A DNA stretch of 64,000 nt, taken from the NCBI GenBank assembly GCA_964016885.1, contig OZ024742.1:115878001-115942000 (forward strand), given 5' to 3'. Under the pieces are notes generated by a model. That model saw only the letters and a list, made by a program, of their open reading frames with translations, was not told the DNA's origin and made no database searches. Position 1 is the first letter of the stretch. Each line of letters starts with the position of its first letter. Positions 39,354 to 51,208 of the stretch are shown piece after piece. Made by a program: the position numbers and the translations under genes. This DNA comes from Eledone cirrhosa (Eukaryota).

Positions 39354-42300
39354 GTTGAATCAACTAAGGGTATGGTTCAGGCCTATTATGTCTTCATCAC
39401 CGACGTGTTGACTTAACAGCACTTAGCGATACTGTGAAATAAAGATCACTAATGAACTGTAAGTAGTATATACAGGCTCACGTATGATACTTAAAACTAT
39501 GTAGCCAAACAATTACTTGGAAACGCCTTGCGATATAATATGCGTCATAGGTTTATGCCTAAATTGTTTGTCCACATGAAATTGTTATTTTTTTTTATTG
39601 TAAAATAAAATATAACAGTTTTAAGGAGACAGTACAGTCTACTCGTTTACCGACGATCGCTATGAAACAAAAAATATTTGGTAAATAGAACTAAGAGGAA
39701 ATACTACTTCATGTTATACAGTGATATCTTTAAAACATTTTAAATTTAATAAAAAATAACATTAATACTTTCTAATACACTTTTTAATTTTTAAATGTGT
39801 TAATGCTTAGCATTAAATGTTATTATTTATAGTTTTTGCATACGATGAGCTGGGGGTTACATATTTGCAATCCTTCATGTATGTTCATTAGAATTTATTT
39901 TTCTCAATAGTACATACGCAGTAACCAGAAACGTGAATCAGCACACGTCATGTTTAAAGTTATAAACACTCAAGGAAAACCAACATAGTGTGGAAATTTC
40001 AGAAACATATAAGTTGCCTCTTGGCCAAATGTTACATTAGTACTTCGTTTTTCTTCGGTATGTAAATATAATTTGACTCGTTTTAAAATGTAGACATTTA
40101 GATTTTAAAGCAACTAACATAAATTGCATCTTGGTACAGTCCTATCGATATTCAAGAAGGTTTGTTGACTTAGTAACAGGAAACCGAATCTTTTACAAAG
40201 TGCCTGAGGCTTGAGTAACTTCTAATTGAAATGTTGTACGCCACAAGATGAATTAAGTAATCTTGCATTGGCCTGAGGAAGAAATATATATTCGAAACAA
40301 ATACAATGATGAGAGAAATCCTTTGAGTTATCTATGGGGAGAATGTAATAGAAATTTTAACTTTATAACTTTTGTGTGTAGCACACTTTTATCTGGTTAT
40401 AGTGATTGCAGGCGAATATATATTAGAAAGTGGATTCCTACGAATGTAACTAATTTCATCTGACACACGAACACATCTTCAAGTCTTTAAATAATTGCTT
40501 GTGTCAGTGTAGAATTATTTAGGTTTTTTTTTTTAGGTTTTTTTATGGTAAATATTATGAGTATGTTAGATCAAAATTAAGTACAATCCTCGGAAAATAC
40601 CGAGTATAGTGTTAAGCAGATACTGAATTCAATTACGAATCCAATAAAATGAACGTAACTTATTTATGATATTTCTTTTATTTTTTTTGTGAACTTTCAG
40701 AGGCCCTAAGGTCTATTCCTATGTAACTTCTTGGATCTTTTCAAGTGTATCTTCTCAAATGTCAATTTAGTTCGTTTATGAAAATATTTATACTAGTTCA
40801 TCGGAATTGCTTTGCACGATCTGTCTGGCGAAATACGTTCATCAAGCAATATCTTTCTTTGGTACAGTGACAGCAATGGCAAGATACTAATTCTTAATTG
40901 AGAATAATATGTATATTTGCACAGAGATTGGCCTCATTGCCATTTCGTTAGAGTATTAGTATCCAATTTACAGCTAAATAGAAAGGTTAACGAGTAATTC
41001 ACTAATCACAAATGAGCTGGAAAGGAGATACTTAGTCATTTTGTCATTGCTGCGTTGCACATTCAGTTAACGTAATAAATATATACTTTTGCCCAAACTG
41101 GCATAGGTTAAATTGTATTAACGTAAAATAAGAGCATTAATGTAAGCATTCTTTCTGAAGCTTAAGTGTTTGACATGCAGGCTAGAATTAGACCATGAAT
41201 AAATGCCAAAGGCATTACAATTGAATTATTTTCACATGCAACTGCAGCAGAATTATAATTTTATAAACGGGTATGAAATTTCATGATAAGTTGTAAAATA
41301 ATTGATATATTGTGACATTCGTAATGTACGATACGCAATTTCTACAGAGAACGCAATCCAATAACAAAAAAAAAATCTGAAATTGTATCTCGGAGCCCAC
41401 AGTAAGTATTTAATAGTGAATACACAAAGTGTTATAAACTCTTTTACTTGTATAAAATTTTCTTACAATCTTTTTAAATACAGAAGGGTAGAATTTTAGA
41501 GAGAGCTAGCTGCTATTTCTAAAGTCACGAACAATGTATTATACACTTTCATAGATCGTTAGTTATATGACAGTTATTGTTGCTGTTTATCTTTAAGTCA
41601 TCCCCTAAAAGAACTGGCTTAACTATATTGTAGCATTATCTATAACATCGTTTAATGTATTGCTAGACTCAGAATGCATAATCCTGAATGCTCTCCCTTT
41701 TCTAAAGGTGCTAATGTTTCATTTGAGTATTTATTCGCCTGATATTGCTGTCGGTCACATGACAATATAGAGTCCTCGGAAATGGCTTGTTGTGAGTTTT
41801 TCTTTTCATTCTTATGATGATTTATGAGTCCAGATAATGCGTATCACATTGTTTTGCTATATATATCAAACCATGTTACTACACGCCACTCTCTGGTGAG
41901 CAAGGCAAAATGGCAGTGAACATATAGGTGTTCTTTCTGCAGAATCTTCGAAGTACAGAATAGCTAAATAATCGGGGAAAATTGTTGGAGAAATGTCTAA
42001 TTTCAAGATTCCAGTAAGCAGAAGCTTACCGGAATCTTGAAATTAGAAATTGACCAACTAAATCCTATATAAGAATTAGTTGATAAATATCTCCTACTTC
42101 ATGTCATTCATTTAAAATAGTATGAATTATTGGTCGTATATTCAATGATGTTTTAATTTGTTGGATTACTACTTCATGTTGTTTATCAGCATATCCTTCT
42201 CGGTTTGTACAATTAAAAGCAAGGGTTTTTTTTCAGATGAAACTGTTAGGAATTGATTGAAGAACAATGTACCAGAAAGTTTAATGAGTCGATTATTCAC

Positions 42301-43030
42301 AATCATGTCATTCTCTGTTATATATCATATAGAATTTAATATTTGAAAAATAAATATGTAGGTCGACTACTAATGTATTCATTATCTAATTTAACTGCGA
42401 CTTTCTCTTCGGGAAATCATTCTTAATTATATTTTCGTATTATATATACTGCATATAAAAAACGTTTGGGTATATTTTGTCCATTTGTTCTTCATATTTA
42501 TAATTGTTATATAGTTTAGTTTTGAGTAATTGATTATTTATTTAATTCTCTAAAATATTGTGCCAAACTGGTAAAGGTGGGTCACCATATATATATATAT
42601 ATATGGGAGGGGTGTCTCTGTGTGTGTGTGAGTGTGGTATGTTTGTGTGTGTTCATATTTATGTATCTTCATGTATATATATATATATACATGATTAGTT
42701 TGTGCTAACTCCCTTATGGTTGAGTACAAATTAGGCGAGCATTGGCTGCTTTTTCGAGCAAATATATTACTCGTCAACCATCTAGCAGTTACCAGCCTTC
42801 TCTGACCGTTATAACACGTGATAATTAACTCTCCCTCCCGTGAATTTTTCACTGGTAGAGGTCAGTTGAGTAACTCGTCCTTTCATTGAGGGGTCTCTTG
42901 ATTAGCCGACAATCTCACGGTCCCTGTGTTCATTCGTTGCAATATGGCGTCATGCCAGTCAGCGAAACTCTGGTGTCGAGATTTGAAAAAAGAATAAGGT
43001 GTACCTTGTGTATCGTTCTTCGCATGTATA

Positions 43031-43084
<54 letters not shown>

Positions 43085-43166
43085 AAAAATCTCCCCTACG
43101 TATGGAGTACTCTGGTGCGTTATGGTCAACCTGGTATCTTACCATACCTTCTTTGTTATATATATG

Positions 43167-43204
<38 letters not shown>

Positions 43205-43209
<5 letters not shown>

Positions 43210-43868
43210 AATTAGTATATCTAGTAACATATATATACACAGATGCATACTTATGTTAGCAAATATATAGGTTTTGTCTTAGTAACTATGTGGTTCAATG
43301 CATGGGGTAGCAGAACAATAAAATGAGAGACGTAAAATAAGAAAATTATAAAATTAACTTACTTACTTAAATTTCACTCCCAACTAATTACTTTCTGAAA
43401 GGGATTAAACGTACTATCCGAAGAGAGCACGGAGAAGCCTTTCGTCATCAGGGAAGTCTATTCTCAGCTAAGGGTCCAGGCAATACGTGGACACAGGGAA
43501 CTTATACAAAAATAATTCAGTGGATGGAAAAAGCAAAGCGAGGACTAATTCCAAGCCATTGATAAAATCACTGCCTACTGCGTCGGTGGCAAATTCAAAA
43601 GAATCAATCACGTGACATCGAGGTCAATCAGTGGATAGTGGTTTGTTAGTAAGACAGCAGCCGTACTGTTACTATAGCAGCAGTTTTGGCCATTTTTGCT
43701 CCACAAATAATTTTGGAGATAATTATAAAGAATTAGTATATCTAGTAACATATATATACACAGATGCATACTTATGTTAGCAAATATATAAAAATCCCTT
43801 TCAGAAACTAATTAGTTGGGAGTGAAATTTAAGTAAGTATGTTAATTTTATAATTTTCTTATTTTACG

Positions 43869-43876
<8 letters not shown>
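43205..43876. mobile_element. Hammerhead-bearing repeat subfamily C: ~1.1 units (period 521) plus an inverted partial unit, in (TA)n
   Basis: AAAGAATTAGTATATCTAG occurs at 43206 and 43727; 43792-43876 is an inverted copy of ~43325-43406; clearly homologous to, but diverged from, 6936-8767. Confidence 0.85.
43376..43457 (-). ncRNA. Hammerhead ribozyme, subfamily C
   Basis: Reverse complement reads ACTTCC-CTGATGA-C-GAAAGG-CTTCTC-CGTGCTCTC(TTCG)GATAGTACG-TTTAATC-CCTTTC-A-GAAA-GTAATTAG-TT-GGGAGT. Helix III carries a C>G change here but is intact (CTAATTAG) in the inverted partial copy at ~43807. Confidence 0.8.
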
Positions 43877-43925
<49 letters not shown>

Positions 43926-43927
<2 letters not shown>

Positions 43928-44324
43928 GTTCAAGAGTAACCAATCTTAAAGAGAGAGATGGAGATAGTAGAGGAGATATGAGAGGAGAGATTGATGAATT
44001 ATTTAGAAGCCAAAGTGTAAAGGCATCTGCTCAATGTGCAATATGCAGTAGAAAGCAGCGAGGTGTATGGATTCATGCAGAAGTTAGGTGCGCAGAGCTG
44101 GAAATATTCATTAGTTAAGCAACACAAGACCACAAACTTCACAAGGAAGACATTATTAAAAGATTGTCAACATATTTTAGTTTGATATAAGGAATGTAGA
44201 GAATAATAATAATGATATTAATAATGATAATGTCCGCTTACAATTGTTTCGCTACTCCATATAATATTTCTGGATCAGATGACTATATATCATAATTGAT
44301 CTGGTTCAGTTGAAAATAATTAAC
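43926..44324 (-). repeat. 3' pseudo-LTR of the Penelope-like element (the part shared with the 5' copy)
   Basis: Near-identical to 47247-47540 joined to 50934-51027. Confidence 0.9.
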
Positions 44325-44360
44325 ATATTTAAAAAAAACAGAGTGGCTCATCGGAACTCA
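44233..44360 (-). ncRNA. Candidate hammerhead ribozyme in the pLTR, with a very long helix II and a one-base core deviation
   Basis: Reverse complement reads GTT-CCGATGA-GCCACTCT...~80 nt foldable...GGAGTAGC-GAAA-CAATTG-TA-AGC; palindromic helix III and GUA triplet; core reads CCGATGA rather than CTGATGA. Confidence 0.55.
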
Positions 44361-44709
44361 AAGGAATATAAATTAAAATAATGTTACATAATATAATGTT
44401 CCATATATTGGTTTTTACTGTGGTGTCTTGGTTGCATCAGCTGTCAGCCATAATCAAGCAATATTCATCTGTCGAGGCTGCATTGCGTGAGATCTACCTA
44501 TGGGTAACAAGGTGGCTGCCAAAGGGCATATTTACCTTACTAATTAGAGGGTGGTATCAGGGGAAGTAACTTCTCGAGAGATTAGAGATTGTAAGTGCTA
44601 GTTTTTATTTTTTTTAATTGAGAGACAATGTAGGGGATGTAACTTATAATTATCGAGTTGTTCATAGCAATTTAACTTATTAGCTTCAAGTAGAAATGGG
44701 GATACATGA

Positions 44710-47206
44710 CTAAGTTGGGTCAAAAACTCTATTGGCGAAGGAATTAGCCCTTCGATGTTGACAGCTAATGGTTACCTCCGTTCTATCGTTAATCGGTAGA
44801 GGTCGTGATAGAGTTATGTAATATACTTCCGTAACACAGAGATCACAAGATTTTCTTCGTCCATTGAACGGTTGGGCCCCTAGCTACGATATCCCATTTT
44901 AGTGAATGTTGAAAGTTGTTTAATTTAAGGTTTTTAATGAGCCTAGCTAGCGATGTCGAGCATCTGTTGCTAGGGCTTCGGAAGGAAAAAGAGTGCGCGT
45001 TATACCGTACCGTAAAAGGGTTAGAGGTAGACCCGATATAAGAGCTGGTATTCGAAGCAGTCTCAACCGTGCACCTATAGACTATGTTGGGTGTCAGGCA
45101 GTGTCCATTTAATGGGCATGCATTGGGGTAACGACAGTTGCAGTTGCTTCTGCGGTTAGTGAGAGTAGGGTTGTTTAACCTAAGCAGTTGGTCCGTGCTA
45201 GAAGGATTAGATGGGGGAGGTGTGCTACTAGAGTAATTATTGGTGGAGTGGCGTGGTGTATTTGATAGGGGTGGTGGTACCGCGGTGTTGGAGTTACACT
45301 GTCTTAGCTTATGATGGTTACTGAACGCGATGTGGTTAGCTAGGTTAGGTGTTGTGGAGAATGAGATTTTAATGTTATTTTTATTAAAGAGTTTTAAATA
45401 TCTATGGTTGGGGGGGAAGTGTTTGGATAGGATAGAGAAGAAGCGTTTGGATATATTAGTGGCTAGATTAGATGAGAATGGTGGGTTGAGCCAGGGGATA
45501 TTTCTAGGTATATTCCTTCTAGGGGTTCTAGTGGAGTTGGTATGGGCCTTCCTAGGGTTATTGTTAACTGGGGATTTGTTATTTGTCATCCCATTTCTCA
45601 TTCCTATTCTAGGGTTGATTTTTAGTTTGCTACTTGGAGTGGGGAGCAGGCCGCTGCCACCATTAAAGATCCCTGTATAGGTGCTGTTACTGCTAAAATT
45701 CCGGCGAATCTGGCTATATGCTAAGGTATTTCTAGTTCTAGTGTTAAGTTTATTATGGTGAGTTGCTGTGTTATGGCATTTAGGTATGTAATGAATTGAT
45801 TGTTTATAACCAGATTCAGTGAGAGCCTTATTATAATATTGTGCGTGGTTTATAAATATCTCTTCATTTGCTGATAGCATTGAGATCCTATAGGAGATAG
45901 ATTTGATTACTGCTCTGATGACTGCCGGTGGGTGGTTAGAGTGTGGGCTAATATATGTGAGTAATTCACCTGGTTTATGGTAAGAGTTATAGAGGTTACT
46001 GTTGAGATCAAGGGTGACGTCTAGGAAGTTTACTACTTTATGGTTCAGCTCGATGGTGATAGAGAGACCGTTATTTTTGAAGAATCTATGAAATTGTTTC
46101 TTTAGCAAATCGATTCCCCGATTAGTGCAATTGTGGACCGCAAATAGGGCGTCGTCCCTGTATATTCCGCCTTGCATGGGTTGGATTTCGGCTCTGATGT
46201 TACGTAATAGGTAAATCCCAACTAAATCGGTCATTTGCGCGGAGTCACTTGAGCCCATCGTAATGTCAAAGTTGTCCCTTCGATCTTTTCTAGTCCAGAG
46301 TGCTTCGTTGAATTCAATGATAGTCTGCTTAGCCATGAGTATGATGTTAATCTCACTATTGGTTATGTCCGAGTTGGTGGTGGCTAGGGATAGGGCTTTG
46401 TTGAGCAGTTCCGGGGTTATTGATGCGTAATAGCTGTCTATATCAAATTGGATGAACCTCATAGATTGCTTGGACCTTAGATAGGAGAACCACCTGATGA
46501 CTTGGCCGGTGTTGGACCACAACTTGTAGGTGGTATCATCACATAGCCCAGGGTTTATCCTATCAAGGATGTTCTTACTGATGCGGCCCAGGTCAGATGT
46601 GGTTGGGCTTATGAGTCTAATGGATGGGTTCTCTATAAAGTTTGGCTTGTGATCCTTGAGAGAGAACCTTGGGGTTGTTAGTACATAATCTATCCAAATG
46701 CAAGTCCTTAACCAAGGCCTGGGCTTTTCGGTTAAGTACGTTTACACTGGAGGGTGTAGTTTTTTTATAGTTTTTATTAAGTTCTTTAAGAAGGAAAGAG
46801 TTGTAAGTTTCAGGAGTCATGGTGTATAGATTTCTGGTTTTGTCAGACATAACATGTAAGAGGTTGCTATCTTTAAATGTTTTTATAGTTGTTGCTAATG
46901 TAGTGAGGAAGTTATTTCTGTGTCTATAATGCTTATTCAACTTAATGCTCCTGACGAAGTTGAATAGATCTTTCTCAAAAGGATCCAGCAGGATGTTGTG
47001 TGTGTGTGTGGGGGGGGGGGGTTATTGCATGTGGAAAATCCATATCGATTTGCTGTACTTCTGGCGTCAGTAGCAACTGCACGGTCAAAGTGGTACGCTT
47101 TCCATCTTATTCTTCGGATGAAGGAGTTGACGCTCTGTATTAAGAGTTTGAGGTATGTCTTTCTGTCCGGGATAGGTATAGACTTAAGTGAGATTCTGAG
47201 TTCCTT
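44710..47206 (-). pseudogene. Penelope-like RT/GIY-YIG polyprotein with about three frameshifts (~47010, ~46668, ~44878)
   Basis: SLKSIPIP..YLKLLI..FIRRIRWKAYHF; YGFS..PP; SDKTRNLY; FSLKDHKPNF..P.IRLISP; FDIDSYYASI; MGSSDSA; IYRDD; FLDV; WLNPPFS; CNCRYPNAC (CxCx5C); IVY..YIGST..RY..H; after the last frameshift CDLC..E...INDRTE...CQH to TAG at 44710. Confidence 0.92.
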
Positions 47207-47246
47207 CTAACAGTAAATAGCTCAACTACGGGAGCTCAAGTATACG

Positions 47247-47540
47247 CAGTTCAAGAGTAACCAATCTTAAAGAGAGAGATGGAGATAGTAGAGGAGATAT
47301 GAGAGGAGAGATTGGTGAGTTAGTTAGAAGCCAAAGCGTAAAGGCATGTGCTCAATGTGTAATATGCAGTAGAAAGCAGCTAGGTGGCTGGGTTCATGCA
47401 GAAGTTAGGTGCACAGAGCTGGAAATATTCATTAGTTAAGAAAAAAAAGACCACAAACTTCACAAGGAAGACATTATTAAAATATTGTCAACATATTTTA
47501 GTTTGATGTAAGGAATGTAGAGAATAATAATAATAATAAT
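47247..47540 (-). repeat. 5' pseudo-LTR, proximal part (ends in the (TAA)n tract hosting the Dong insertions)
   Basis: Direct repeat of 43926-44215. Confidence 0.9.
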
Positions 47541-48052
47541 ACACATTCTGAGAAATGGTATGAGCATAGGCCAGAGGCGGTGATGGAGAACAATCAGGTG
47601 AAGGTGCTGTGGGATTTTAGGATACAGACGGACAAAAAACTGGAACACAATAGACCTGACCTGGTGGTTGTGGACAAAGAAAAAAGATCGTGTCTGATTG
47701 TGGATGTGGCCTGCCCGTTCGACACGAGAGTGCAAGAGAAGGAGAGGGAGAAAATTAACCGATACCAGGACCTAAGGTGGGAGGTGAAAAGGATTTGGAA
47801 CTGCCATGAAGTCAAAGTGATCCCGATTGTCATAGGCGCACTGGGGACTATCTCCAAAAGTTTCCAGGGATGGTTAAAGAAAATCGGTCCCTTCACGCTT
47901 TTTGGAACGCTTCAAAAGGCATGCTTGCTTGGAACAGCAAGAACCCTCCGATACGTCCTGAATATCTGAGGCTGCAGGTAGTGGCTTGATATTCAATCCA
48001 ACGCACTTTCCAGTTAACCAACATCAATGACTGAGATTCAAGGAATAACAAC
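47541..48052 (+). mobile_element. 5'-truncated Dong/R4 element A (RLE domain + 3' UTR) in (TAA)n
   Basis: KWYEH.P...WDFRIQTDKKLEHNRPDLVVVDK...IVDVACPFD...EKINRYQDL...VIPIVIGALG; (TAA)n on both sides. Confidence 0.92.
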
Positions 48053-48080
<28 letters not shown>

Positions 48081-48084
<4 letters not shown>

Positions 48085-50032
48085 TTTAGAGATTTTCAAA
48101 ATATCCCCCGTTGTCAGGAGGTTTTTGTCATTCAGTATGAGGACATGGAGAACGACACTCCTTTTGAATAGTGAAACAAAATCACTGGAAGCTGGAGAAG
48201 TTAACATTAATTGTGGAATTTTTCAGGGTGACTCTTTATCACCGCTTTTATTCTGCATCGCACTTATACCATTAAGTAAAATGCTCAATGAAACAAAACA
48301 TGGATATAGAGTCTATGACAAAACCATTAATCACCTGTTCTACATGGATGACCTGAAACTATTTGCAAAAAATGATGAACAATTGCAAGGGCTATTATCC
48401 ACTGTGAAGCAGTTCAGTGATGACATTAAAATGGAGTTTGGACTGGATAAATGCGCCAAAGCAACGTTCACCAGAGGAAAGTTGCTGAAGAGTTCAGACA
48501 TTAATCTTGATCGGGGGAACGTGATAAGAGAGCTTGATCAAGAACAAACTTACAAATATCTAGGTGTTTGTGAAGGAGACGGAATCAAGCACTCGACAAT
48601 GAGGGAAAGGATAAGGAAGGAATGTTACCGCAGAGTCAGAGCAATCTTAAGAACGGAATTGAATGCAAGGAATAGGATCGATGCCATAAACACGCTTGCC
48701 ATACCAGTAGTAACCTACAGTTACAATGTCATCAACTGGTCAAGCACAGAGATCCGTAGGTTCGATACAAAAATCCGAAAATTCTTAGCCATGCACAGAA
48801 TGCATCACCCTAAGGCAGACATAGATAGAATATATCTCCCTAGGAAAGAAGGAGGACGTGGGTTAATCCAGTTAGACATTGCGTTGAAAACTGCAACAAT
48901 TGGATTATCCACATATCTAAGGGAATCACATGATTGGATGATCAAACTCGTTTTGAAACACGAAAGCACCAAAAGATCATATTCCATTACAAAAGATGCA
49001 CAAAGATACAGTAATGGACTACAAATTTCAGAAGTCCCATTTACTGCTGAAATGGAAAACACAGAAAAAGCAAAGCAGGTAAAAGTAACTGCAAAGAAAG
49101 AACTGCTACAGAAACTGACTAAGAAATGGCAAGAAAAGCCTCCGTATGGAAAATACCCAGAGCGAGCTAACAATCCTGATGTTGACAAAACTTTAACCCA
49201 TCAGTGGTTGGCATCCTCTGGACTGAAATCGGAGACAGAAGGACTGATTATATCGGCACAAGATCAGTGTCTGCCAACAAAAAATTACCAAGCCAACATA
49301 ATAAAAAATGGGTGCAGCCCATTATGCCGTGTATGCAAAAAACAACCAGAGACCATTGACCATATAATTTCAATGTGCAGTCCTATAGCTCCAACCGAAT
49401 ACCTAAACAGGCATGACAGAGCTGCACAATACATACATTGGATAATGTGTAAGCATTTTGACCTGCCCCATCAAAAGAATTGGTGGGAGCATCAACCACC
49501 TCCCATAGTTGAAAAAGATCACATCTCAATCTTGTGGAACTTTAGCATTCAAACAGACCGAAAAATAGATGCAAATAGACCTGATATAATATTGAAGGAC
49601 TTTCAAAGGAGGGTATGCCTGCTAATTGATATGTCTGTTCCAATAGACAAGAATGTATCTATAAAAACATTTGAAAAATTGAGCAAGTATAAGAACCTGG
49701 AGATAGAAATTGGAAAAATGTGGAAATTGAGAACTAAAACAATACCAGTGGTTGTAGGCGCTCTGGGAATGATACCTAAGGGGTCTAACGACTACTTATC
49801 GCAAATCCCAGGAAACCCGCGTATAGGAGAAATACAAAAGATAGTACTAATAGGAACTGCCCATATACTAAGGAAGATCCTGTCAATATAAGTACATCAC
49901 AAGTCTAAACACTAAGGATGCATGTGTGAATATGTATGTTCTTTCTTGTACATGGCGGACCTTGTTGTCTCTTGAGGTCACTGGTTGTGACTTGGTGATA
50001 ACTCGTATAAACGTAAAGCAAGATAAATGCAA
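48081..50032 (+). mobile_element. 5'-truncated Dong/R4 element B in (TAA)n
   Basis: Uninterrupted ORF with GIFQGDSLSP, FYMDDLK, CRVC..H..C, RHD, RPD and D.SVP..K..KY; 3' UTR followed by (TAA)n. Confidence 0.95.
48125..49891 (+). CDS. Partial RT + CCHC + restriction-like endonuclease of Dong/R4 element B (5'-truncated, no true start)
   Basis: 588-aa open frame in the ORF track carrying the motifs above; the frame stays open upstream to ~48083. Confidence 0.9.
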   Translation: MSFSMRTWRTTLLLNSETKSLEAGEVNINCGIFQGDSLSPLLFCIALIPLSKMLNETKHGYRVYDKTINHLFYMDDLKLFAKNDEQLQGLLSTVKQFSDDIKMEFGLDKCAKATFTRGKLLKSSDINLDRGNVIRELDQEQTYKYLGVCEGDGIKHSTMRERIRKECYRRVRAILRTELNARNRIDAINTLAIPVVTYSYNVINWSSTEIRRFDTKIRKFLAMHRMHHPKADIDRIYLPRKEGGRGLIQLDIALKTATIGLSTYLRESHDWMIKLVLKHESTKRSYSITKDAQRYSNGLQISEVPFTAEMENTEKAKQVKVTAKKELLQKLTKKWQEKPPYGKYPERANNPDVDKTLTHQWLASSGLKSETEGLIISAQDQCLPTKNYQANIIKNGCSPLCRVCKKQPETIDHIISMCSPIAPTEYLNRHDRAAQYIHWIMCKHFDLPHQKNWWEHQPPPIVEKDHISILWNFSIQTDRKIDANRPDIILKDFQRRVCLLIDMSVPIDKNVSIKTFEKLSKYKNLEIEIGKMWKLRTKTIPVVVGALGMIPKGSNDYLSQIPGNPRIGEIQKIVLIGTAHILRKILSI

Positions 50033-50053
50033 ATAATAATAATAATAATAAAT

Positions 50054-50899
50054 AAACTTTAACCCATCAGTGGTTGGCATCCTCTGGACTGAAATCGCAG
50101 ACTGACGGACTGATTATATCGGCACAAGATCAGTGTCTGCCAACAAAAAATTACCAAGCCAACATAATAAAAAATGGGTGCAGCCCATTATGCCCTGTAT
50201 GAAAAAAAAACCAGAGACCGTTGACCATATAATTTCAATGTGCAGTCCTATAGCTCCAACCGAATACCTAAACAGGCATGACAGAGCTGCACAATACATA
50301 CATTGGATAATGTGTAAGCATTTTGACCTGCCCCATCAAAAGAATTGGTGGGAGCATCAACCACCTCCCATACTTGAAAAAGATCACATCTCAATCTTGT
50401 GGAACTTTAGCATCCAAACAGACCGAAAAATAGATGCAAATAGACCTGATATAATATTGAAGGACGTTCAAAGGAGCGTATGCCTGCTGATTGATATGTC
50501 TGTTCCAATAGACAAGAATGTATCTATAAAAACATTTGAAAAATTGAGCAAGTATAAGGACCTGGAGATAGAAATTGGAAAAATGTGGAAATTGAGAACT
50601 AAAACAATACCAGTGGTTGTAGGCGCTCTGGGAATGATACCTAAGGGGTCTAATGATTACTTATCGCAAATCCCAGGAAACTCGCGTATAGGAGAAATAC
50701 AAAAGATAGTACTAATGGGAACTGCCCATATACTAAGGAAGATTCTGTCAATATAAGTACATCACAAGTCTAAACACTAAAGATGCATGTGTGAATATGT
50801 ATGTTCTTTCTTGAACATGGCGGACCTTGTTGTCTCTTGAGGTCACTGGTTGTGACTTGGTGATAACTCGTATGAACATAAAGCAAGATAAATGCAACT

Positions 50900-50900
<1 letters not shown>
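50054..50900 (+). mobile_element. 5'-truncated Dong/R4 element C (same family as B) in (TAA)n
   Basis: Near-identical to 49188-50032 with scattered substitutions and a 1-nt deletion near 50200; followed by (TAA)n at 50901-50933. Confidence 0.95.
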
Positions 50901-50933
<33 letters not shown>

Positions 50934-50935
<2 letters not shown>

Positions 50936-51208
50936 TCCGTTTACAATTGTTTCGGTACTCCATATAATATTTCTGGATCAGATGACTATATATCATAATT
51001 GATCTGGTTCAGTTGAAAATAATTAACAATTATGATATATAGTCATCTGATCCAAAAATATTATATGGAGTACCGAAACAATTGTAAACGGACATTATTA
51101 TTTACATTATTATTATTCTCTACATTCCTTACATCAAACTAAAATGTGTTGACAATCTTTTAATAATGTCTTCCTTGTGAAGTGTGTGGTCTTGTTTTGC
51201 TTAACTAA

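Noticed and set aside
42911-42984. AATCTC...GAAAC...GTC-GAGATT resembling a hammerhead 3' half with helix I
   Set aside because: No CTGANGA follows the putative helix I 5' strand, and it is a single copy.
44710-45150. Selenocysteine recoding, as reported for some Naiad elements
   Set aside because: The conserved cysteines here are TGT/TGC. The TGA ending the 559-aa ORF results from a frameshift near 44878 and is not an in-frame Sec codon.
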